DNA of 64,000 nt from Sedimentisphaerales bacterium. Lineage in GTDB: Bacteria > Planctomycetota > Phycisphaerae > Sedimentisphaerales > Anaerobacaceae. Of this stretch, positions 39,461-47,200 are shown in pieces (positions within the stretch are counted from its first letter, which is position 1; each line of letters begins with the position of its first letter). Made by a program: the position numbers and the translations under genes. The stretch spans positions 128,001 to 192,000 of the forward strand of contig JAXGYC010000010.1 in NCBI GenBank assembly GCA_040772485.1, read 5' to 3'. Under the pieces are notes generated by a model. It saw only the letters and a list, made by a program, of their open reading frames with translations, was not told the DNA's origin and ran no database searches.

Positions 39461-39763
39461 TGTTCCGATGGACACGGAAAACGCGTCCGCCGACGGAGAT
39501 GTCATCAGGATTGATGACCGCAAAAATCCGAGCGACGCTGGACGAATCGCAGGTTGGGTATATCCTATTGTGGAGCGACTGTCCGCCGGCAGATCGTCTG
39601 CACGGGCAGTTGACCGACTATGACGTAACCCTGTTCGATCCGCAGGAGGAGGATTCGCCGATCTGCCGAACGCGGGCCCTGCCGGGCCGGTAGTTCCAGA
39701 GGAGAGTGGTGAAAAGCGTTCTCGTTTCCCAGTCATGTCCAAACGGAGTGAAAGGAGAAAGCT

Positions 39764-40828
39764 ATGGAAAGCCACGCTTCACGAAGCCCTCGGCAGCACG
39801 GTCCCAGATTCGGCGTGCTCGTCACCCTGATCGTGCTGGTCGTTGCGGCGGGGGCAGCGGCCGAATCACAGATCGCCGAACTCGAACCCGGACCGTATTC
39901 CTACCAGCACGCGCAGCTCATGGCCGATGCCCAGGCGAGGTCGTTCGGCCAGCGCCGACCCCCGTGCCCGGCACCTCCAGCCATGCGGGCGGAGGAATTG
40001 GAGAACCTGTGCCGGCATCTGGACTCTCTGCAGGAGCAACTGCGACAGACCGAACAGAAACTCGCCGAACTCAGCATGGCGACGGCGCCCGCGCCGCAGT
40101 GGACGCCGGCGCCTCCTGTGCCCACGTGCTCGTACCAAGTCGATGGCGGAATCGCAGAACTGAGCCAGCGACGAGAAATGCTGGCCGAGCGAGCGGATCA
40201 GCGGACGATGGAACTGCGGGAACTCCGCGAGCACGTCATGAATCGCGAACGGGAGATCGCATCGGAGCTTCGCGACATCCATGAGCAGTTGTTGAGCATC
40301 GAGCGAGAGCTTGTCGGCCTCGACCGCCAACGTCAGGAGGACCTGGAGCGCCTCATGGCGGCGCAGAACCGCGCGGCAGAACTCCAGGAGCGACTGCAGC
40401 GTTTGATGGCGGAGGTGGACGAACTGCGGCGGTGTGTCGCCGACCAGATCGGAGCCAACCATCGACGAGAAGAGGCGATCCGCATCGAAATCGAGCAGAC
40501 TCGACAGAAGGCACAACGGGTCGGCGAACAGCTTGACGAGATCGGGCGGGTCCCCGAACGCATTCCCGAACCGATGCCGCGCCGCTGGCCGACGTATGTC
40601 CCGCCCGTCCCCTGCCCGGCGCCGGTCCCGCCCGCGCCCTGTCCGACGCAGGTCGTCTCTGTGCCCTGCCCCGATCCGGCCCTTCAGACCGAACTGAAGC
40701 TCCTGCGCGAAGAGGTTGGCCTGCTGCGAGAGCAATTACGCCAAGCCCCGGCACGCGTAGAAGTGGTGCACGTGGTGAACCCCTACGCCGTCGGCAGCGC
40801 ACGGTACGATTGCTGGCCCGACCCGTAG
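39764..40828 (+). CDS. Secreted coiled-coil hypothetical protein with Pro/Cys-rich linkers
   Basis: AAAGGAG SD; signal peptide; long E/R/Q heptad stretches. Confidence 0.75.
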   Translation: MESHASRSPRQHGPRFGVLVTLIVLVVAAGAAAESQIAELEPGPYSYQHAQLMADAQARSFGQRRPPCPAPPAMRAEELENLCRHLDSLQEQLRQTEQKLAELSMATAPAPQWTPAPPVPTCSYQVDGGIAELSQRREMLAERADQRTMELRELREHVMNREREIASELRDIHEQLLSIERELVGLDRQRQEDLERLMAAQNRAAELQERLQRLMAEVDELRRCVADQIGANHRREEAIRIEIEQTRQKAQRVGEQLDEIGRVPERIPEPMPRRWPTYVPPVPCPAPVPPAPCPTQVVSVPCPDPALQTELKLLREEVGLLREQLRQAPARVEVVHVVNPYAVGSARYDCWPDP

Positions 40829-40879
40829 GCTCTGCCGCGAAAGAGGTTCTTTTCAACCGATCGCACGAGCCGTCGCATA

Positions 40880-40920
40880 GGTCCTTTAGGTCCCCTTGGT
40901 CTTTTTGGTCCTTGAGGTCC
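40880..40920. repeat. Degenerate 9-bp tandem repeat (GGTCCnnnn x4.5)
   Basis: GGTCCTTTA GGTCCCCTT GGTCTTTTT GGTCCTTGA GGTCC. Confidence 0.7.
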
Positions 40921-40975
40921 GACGGGATCTATGCGCCCCCTGTGAAAGATTTTTCGCCAACCGCAGATTTTTTTG

Positions 40976-41004
40976 TTGCAATCTACTATTGGCAATAGTA
41001 CGAT
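40976..41004 (+). promoter_or_regulatory. Promoter with embedded operator palindrome of BlaI #1
   Basis: TTGCAA-17bp-TACGAT; perfect inverted repeat TACTATTG-G-CAATAGTA (40984-41000). Confidence 0.7.
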
Positions 41005-41051
41005 CATCCACAGTAGACAGGCAAGGAGCAGATTCAAAGGAGGTCCGCACC

Positions 41052-41444
41052 ATGAGCAGACACGCACTCGACGACCTGGGGCAGTTGCAGCGGGCGGTCA
41101 TGGAGATCATCTGGTCGCGAGGCGAGGCAACCGTCCACCAAGTCCGCGATCGGTTGGATCGAGAGAAGGAACTGGCCTACACAACGATCCTGACCACACT
41201 CCAGAAGCTGGAAAGGGCCGGCTGGCTTGAACACCGTGCCGAGGGCAAGAGCTACGTGTATGTGCCGAAACGCAGCCGCGAGCAGGCAGGCGCCGGATCG
41301 GTCCGGGGCTTCCTCAAACGCGTCTTCGACGGCAACGCCGTGGCGATGTTCCAGCACCTGATCCGCGAGGGGGATCTGAGCGAAGAGGAACTGAAGGAGC
41401 TGCGCAGGATCATCGACGAGAAGAGAAAGGAGATGAGAGGATGA
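41052..41444 (+). CDS. BlaI/MecI/CopY family repressor #1
   Basis: VMEIIW..GEATV, LAYTTILTTLQKLE, YVYVP, VFDG; AAGGAGG SD. Confidence 0.93.
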   Translation: MSRHALDDLGQLQRAVMEIIWSRGEATVHQVRDRLDREKELAYTTILTTLQKLERAGWLEHRAEGKSYVYVPKRSREQAGAGSVRGFLKRVFDGNAVAMFQHLIREGDLSEEELKELRRIIDEKRKEMRG

Positions 41445-43720
41445 GCGGGCAGATCATTCCTGGAGGTTTCCTCGGGGCGCTGCTGTTGGCGCAGGGCACT
41501 GCGTGCGTCGCCGCAGGTCTGGCGGTCAGTTATCTGCTGCGACGCCATCCGGCCAGGGCGCACCAGATTCTGTTGCTCGCTCTGGCCGCGTCGCTCCTGA
41601 TGCCGGCTTCTTACCTTCTGGTTCGGCACTTCGAACTGGGCGTGCTGGCACTTCCTTCGTCGGCGCCCATAGAGGTGGATCTGCCCGTGATAGCCGAGAC
41701 ATCTGTCGTCACTTCGCCGGTTGAGGAGTTCGACAGCGATTCAGCGGAGATCGCATTCGCCGACACGCCTCTGCTCGTCCCGGTCACGCAGGCCGAGGAT
41801 TCTCCCCTGCCCTGGACAGCGATTGTGCTGGCCCTCTGGGCAACCGCTTCGGCGATTCTGCTGGGTCGCGTGCTGCTCCAGTTCATGCTGGGGTTGCGGC
41901 TGCTGCGCGCCAGTGATCCGCTGAAGACAGCATGCGTACAGGAAGCTCTGGAGATCGCCAAGGCGAGAATCGGCATCCGAAAACCCGTCGCGATCCGGAG
42001 CAGTCCGAAGATACACAGTCCTGTCATCTGGTGCTGGACCCGCGTGCCCGTGCTGCTGGTGCAGGAGGTCGGCGAGGCGACATCGAACGACTGCGACTGG
42101 GCCGGCGTGTTCTGCCACGAGCTGGCGCATCTGAAGCGGCGCGACCATCTCAGTGGGCTGTTCGCGGAACTGCTGACAGCCGCGATTCCATGGCACCCGC
42201 TGCCCTGGTGGGCCCGCGAGCGACTGTCGCAACTGAGCGAAGAAGCCTGCGACGACTGGGTCCTGGCCGGCGGTCGGTCCGGCGTGGACTACGCGGAATC
42301 CCTGTTGAGTCTTTCACCGCAGAGACGAATGGCGTTTCTGCCCACGGTTGTAGGGAAGGAGAAGACCATGAAAGCGAGAATCTACCGAATCGTGAGGGAT
42401 CAGTGCAGCGACCCGAGAATCGGCCGGCGATGGGCCTTCAGTCTATGCGCTCTGGCCGTTCTGGTGATCGCGACGGTGGCGCTTGCGCAGCCTCAGCCGG
42501 AGCCTGCGCAAGCACCTGAGCTTGTTGTCGAACCAGAGACGGTCCAGCCGGCGCCTCCGCAGGAGCCGGCCGTTGCGGGCCGACGCAACGTCCTGCAACG
42601 GATGCTGGACCAGTTGGTCGCCCAGGCCGAAGAGACAGAGGCGGCCTTGCGCCGGCGTGGCGACGAGCCGGGCGAGGAGACCGAAGTCCTGCGTTCGGAG
42701 CTTCGCACCTTGCGCGACCAGATCAGCCGTATCGAGCGACTGCTTCGCGACGTCGACCAGAGCCCTCGCCTGGCCCCGCCGCAACGGCCGACGCTTGAAA
42801 TAACGCAGCCGCGACAATCGGAGGATGTTCTCCGCGATCTTCAAAGCCGCCGGCAACGGATTCAGAGCCGGTTGGACAAAATCCGCGACCCCGACAGCGA
42901 AGAGGCCCGCGAGCTTCGTGAGCAGTTGGCGAGATTGGACGTCCAGATCCGACAAGCGGAAGCTCGTGCGAGAGCCGCGAGAGCACAGCGAGAGGCGACC
43001 AGTCGCGCACCGCAGCAGGAGAGGCCCGACCGCGAGGCGGACGACCGCGTGCGCGACCTGAGCAACCGCCTGCGGGAGCTCCTGGAGCAGGCCTGGGAGA
43101 ACGCCCGACAACTCGAACGCCTGGATGACCCGGACAGCGAGGAAGCCCGCGATCGCCGCACGGCCATCGAAACCACGCACGGGGAAATGGCCGAGATCGA
43201 GGCCCAGATTCAGCGGCTCCAACGAGATCCCGAGGCGAGAAACGAGGAGCGGCAGCTTCGCGTGACCGAGGAACTCGCCAGCGAAGTCGCATGGAGCATT
43301 GCGGCGGCCGAGCAGGACCTTCGCGAGCAGGAAGAACGCGGCCAAGGTGACAGCGAGGCCGCAAACGCGCTCCGCCAGAGAGTGCGATCCCTCCGTGCTC
43401 ACGCCAGAAGCATGGATGAGCAAGTGCGAGAACTGCGGAGACGACGCAGTGAGCGAAATCCAGATGAACGCCGAACCGAATCACGCGATCGATCTCCGGA
43501 TGCGATGGATCCTTATGGACGCGCCTATGGCGGCGGCCCGGCGCGCGCTCGCACCGCCAGTCCGCAGGCATCGCCCGACGTGCAGAGGCAGGTCGAGGAA
43601 TTGCGTGGGCAGGTGAACGGCCTGAACGATCAGATGCAGGAAATGCGCGAGATGCTCCGGCAACTGCTCGAACGCCGCAGCGAAACCGACGACAAGCCGC
43701 AGGAGATGAAGCGGTATTGA
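41441..43720 (+). CDS. M56 (BlaR1-like) metallopeptidase with C-terminal coiled-coil region
   Basis: HELAHLKRRDH, EEACDDWV, YAESLL; 4-nt overlap with BlaI #1. Confidence 0.9.
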   Translation: MSGQIIPGGFLGALLLAQGTACVAAGLAVSYLLRRHPARAHQILLLALAASLLMPASYLLVRHFELGVLALPSSAPIEVDLPVIAETSVVTSPVEEFDSDSAEIAFADTPLLVPVTQAEDSPLPWTAIVLALWATASAILLGRVLLQFMLGLRLLRASDPLKTACVQEALEIAKARIGIRKPVAIRSSPKIHSPVIWCWTRVPVLLVQEVGEATSNDCDWAGVFCHELAHLKRRDHLSGLFAELLTAAIPWHPLPWWARERLSQLSEEACDDWVLAGGRSGVDYAESLLSLSPQRRMAFLPTVVGKEKTMKARIYRIVRDQCSDPRIGRRWAFSLCALAVLVIATVALAQPQPEPAQAPELVVEPETVQPAPPQEPAVAGRRNVLQRMLDQLVAQAEETEAALRRRGDEPGEETEVLRSELRTLRDQISRIERLLRDVDQSPRLAPPQRPTLEITQPRQSEDVLRDLQSRRQRIQSRLDKIRDPDSEEARELREQLARLDVQIRQAEARARAARAQREATSRAPQQERPDREADDRVRDLSNRLRELLEQAWENARQLERLDDPDSEEARDRRTAIETTHGEMAEIEAQIQRLQRDPEARNEERQLRVTEELASEVAWSIAAAEQDLREQEERGQGDSEAANALRQRVRSLRAHARSMDEQVRELRRRRSERNPDERRTESRDRSPDAMDPYGRAYGGGPARARTASPQASPDVQRQVEELRGQVNGLNDQMQEMREMLRQLLERRSETDDKPQEMKRY

Positions 43721-43751
43721 CGTTCGACGCAGCCTGCGTCGCCAACCATCC

Positions 43752-43790
43752 AAGGCCCTGGCGATCGGCTCGGTCGCGAGGGCCTTTCTC
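43752..43790 (+). terminator. Probable terminator after M56 #1
   Basis: AAGGCCCT(G)GCGATCG..CGGTCGC(G)AGGGCCTT followed by TCTC. Confidence 0.55.
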
Positions 43791-43818
43791 ATTGGGGGAT
43801 GCAACATTTTTCTCTATC

Positions 43819-43861
43819 TACGAATTTTTTCGTTGATTTACTACGAATTCGTTCGTATCTT
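43819..43861 (+). promoter_or_regulatory. Tandem operators and promoter of BlaI #2
   Basis: TACGAA-N4-TTCGTT (43819-34) and TACGAA-N4-TTCGTA (43842-57) overlapping TTGATT-17bp-TATCTT. Confidence 0.75.
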
Positions 43862-43910
43862 TGCCGATAGACAGTTCAGGATGGAAGAGCGTACAACACA
43901 GGAGAATCTC

Positions 43911-44294
43911 ATGGCCAGACACCGAAGCGCCGGACCGACAGACCGAGAGATGGCGATCCTCAGCGTACTGTGGGAGCGCGGGCCCAGCACGGTTCGCGAG
44001 GTGCACGAAGCCCTAAACGCCGACAGCGACACGGGTTACACCACCACGCTCAAGCTGATGCAGATCATGTCCGACAAGGGCCTGCTGTCGCGCAAGGACG
44101 CCGGACGCCAGCACATCTACCGCCCTGCCGTTTCCCAGGAGAAGACGCAGAGCCAGGTCGTCGGCGAGGTGCTGGAGAAGGTCTTCGCCGGTTCGGCGGA
44201 GAAACTGGTCATGCGGGCCCTGTCGGCGCGGAAGGTCTCGGCCGAGGAACTCAAACGCATTCGCGAGATGCTCGATGAAATGGAGGGAACATAG
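43911..44294 (+). CDS. BlaI/MecI/CopY family repressor #2
   Basis: PTDREMAILSVLWERGPSTVREV, GYTTTLKLMQIM, VFAGSA; CAGGAG SD. Confidence 0.95.
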   Translation: MARHRSAGPTDREMAILSVLWERGPSTVREVHEALNADSDTGYTTTLKLMQIMSDKGLLSRKDAGRQHIYRPAVSQEKTQSQVVGEVLEKVFAGSAEKLVMRALSARKVSAEELKRIREMLDEMEGT

Positions 44295-44296
44295 TC

Positions 44297-47200
44297 ATGG
44301 CAACACTGGAAACCCTGCTGTCGCAGCAGATGATCGAGCGGCTGGGCTGGACGCTGATCCACTTCATCTGGCAGGCGGCGACGGTTGCGCTGCTGCTGGC
44401 GGTCGTGCTGCGAGGCCTTCGCCGGAGCAGTTCGAATGTGCGATACGTCGTTGCGTGCCTGGCGATGGCGCTGATCGTCGCGCTGCCGCTGGTGACGATG
44501 TCGCTCGTGGAGGTATCGAGGCCCGTCGCGGAGGCGGGCCCGATCCTCAATCCCCCGCTTGTGATGAGGACGACGCCCGTCGAGGTGGTGGAATTGCCTC
44601 TTGAGCCGTTCGACGCGCCGGTTGCGGAGATGCACGAGCGTGTTACTCGCATGCCCTGGATGCAGCGGATCGCCACCGCGCTGGAGCCTGCCTTGCCCTG
44701 GCTGGTGTTGGGCTGGCTGCTGGGCGTCTTTGGGCTTTCCGCCTGGCACCTGGGCGGCTGGGCTCAGTTGCAGCGGATGAAACGACGATTGGTCAGTGAA
44801 GTCGCCGCGCCGCTGCACGCAAGAGCGGCCGCACTGGCCGGGCGACTGGGCATCCGCCGCGCAATCGGGCTGTGGGCTTCGCCCTTGATCGACGTGCCTG
44901 CGGTCGTCGGATGGATCAAGCCGGTGATCCTGCTGCCGGTCGGCGCCGTCACGGGCCTGAGCGTCGAGCAGCTTGAGGCGATCCTCGCGCACGAGCTGGC
45001 GCACGTTCGCCGCTGCGATTACCTCGTCAACCTCGCCCAGACCGTCGTCGAGATTCTCGGTTTCTATCACCCGGCGGTCTGGTGGGTCTCGCACCGGATT
45101 CGCGATGAACGGGAGAACTGTTGCGACGATCTGGCGGTACAGGTCTGCGGCGATTCGCGGCGGTACGCCCGCGCCCTGACCAGCCTGGAAGAGCTGCGCC
45201 ACGTGGCGAGGGCGTCCCGCCCTCGTGTCCAGAAAGAAGGACCAAGGGCAAGATGCCCTCGCCACACAGCGGTGGCCGCCAGCGGCGGCAGCCTCGTCGG
45301 GCGGATCGCCCGCCTGCTCGGCCGCCCGCCCATCGACAACCGCCGCTTCGCCTGGCTGCCCGGCCTGATCGCCCTTCTCGTCGTCGCCGCCATCCTCATC
45401 CCCACCGCCCTGCTCATCGCAGCGCCGACCGTACCACAGCCTTTGAATACAGAGGCCGATTCAGCAGAAGCTGCGCGAGACGATAATGTCACACCGACAC
45501 GATTCGTACATTGGGATGTCGAAGGACAAATCGACCGCGAGTTCGGCTTTGAGCGGCTGATCCGCGAGGAAGGGGATCACTGGATTGTTGCCATACCCCA
45601 TTCGACACAGTCTGTCGGGAAGATGCGCTGCCACATCCGTGCCGATCGGGGCGAACTCCGTTTGGATGGAGTCCTGAACCAGCCCACCCCGGACGTTGGC
45701 ACATTCCGTGGGAATGTGGTCATTGAGATCACTTCCAGCGAACCTAACAGCATCGATGCGTGCACACTCTATCTCGACGAGGTGACCTTCTCCGCACAGA
45801 ACAAGCGATTCACCAGTTCCGGCCCCGTTCGCCTGATTTGCGGCGCCACCGAACTGGTCGGCCGAGGACTGGAGCTGTCTTTTGACGAACCACAAGACCG
45901 GTCCGATCCGAATCGACGCACGATTATCGACGGCGTCGGCGCGCAAATCGCCCCCTCGGGCTCTCTGATCGTCTCACTGGGCGACCCCGAGACCGAATCC
46001 TCGGAGGAATCTGCATCCACGCAACCCACGCCGGTCCGCGTGCTGACCAAGACGGCAGATAGTCGCGCGCTTTCGTTGGAGGAGAAGCCCAGGGTCATGC
46101 TGGATATTGAGCCGAGTGCTGATGCAGCAGACCGCCAGGTCCTGCTCAGCTTCACCATCGCGGAAATCGTAACGGAAGAAGCACTGGATCGTGCCACGGC
46201 CCGACAGCTTCGTGCCCTTCTCACCGACGCATCGCACGACGCCAAATTCAATCTACCAAGCGTGGAAGAGCTCCAGAAGCCCGTACAGTATATCGTCAGC
46301 AAATACGCGAACATCTGCAACCAAATAGATGACGCCGCCAGAGCCTTCACCGATCTGCTGGTGTCACGGGGTTATGCGACCGTGTGTGCCAGCCCCGAAA
46401 TGTTGATCCGCCTCGGCGCGAGCGGCCACCTCAGTTGCGGCAACATTCCAGTCATGGGACCTCCCGCGCCCCCCAGCCAGACGAACAATCCTGCTCTGAG
46501 TCTGGATGTGACACCAACCGCCCCGCACGACGCCAACGGCATCCGGCTCACTCTGGCACTGCGTGCAAGAAACCTCGCGTCCCTCGATTCGGAGGGCAGG
46601 CTTTCCACGACAGCAGCCTACGCCAGCTTCAATTTCGCGCTATCTGCCCGGAATAACCAGTGCATCATGCTTCCTCTGACCACGGCCGCCAGCCCTGAGA
46701 GCGATGACCTGGATGCGAAGACCGCAACGACTCTGTTGTTGGTCAAGCCAACCCTCATCGAGCCTCCCGCCAAACCCACACCTGCGCTGTCCGCCTCCGA
46801 GCAGGCAACCGCCGACACGGCGCGTGAATTCGTCCAAACCGACCCGATGGTCCGCGAGTTGGCGAGGAAGATCGCGGAGATAGAAATCGAATTGCTGGAA
46901 GCGCAACAAACGTTCCTGCCGGAGCATCCCGAAATCGTGCAGAAGAAGCAACTGTTGGAAGCGCTGAACGCTCTTCTGGAGAAGAGACGCAAAGGGTTGG
47001 AGCAAGAATTCGACGCCGGCAGGACTTCCGCTACCGCGCCGGACGACCCGGAGAGGCAGCGTGCCCACGCGGAGAAGGCATTGGCCATTATGCGTGGACA
47101 AGTGGCATGGGTCAACGAGAGAATCGATAAGGTCAGCTCAGCCTGGTACCCGGATGAGGCAGAGCGATCACGTGAACTGGCGGACCTGAAACGATTCAAG

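Noticed and set aside
39499..39693. 64-aa ORF between fusA and the coiled-coil gene
   Set aside because: No recognisable motif or convincing start; could be a remnant but unsupported
40880..40920. CRISPR-like array
   Set aside because: Unit is only 9 bp with no spacers, and there are no cas genes
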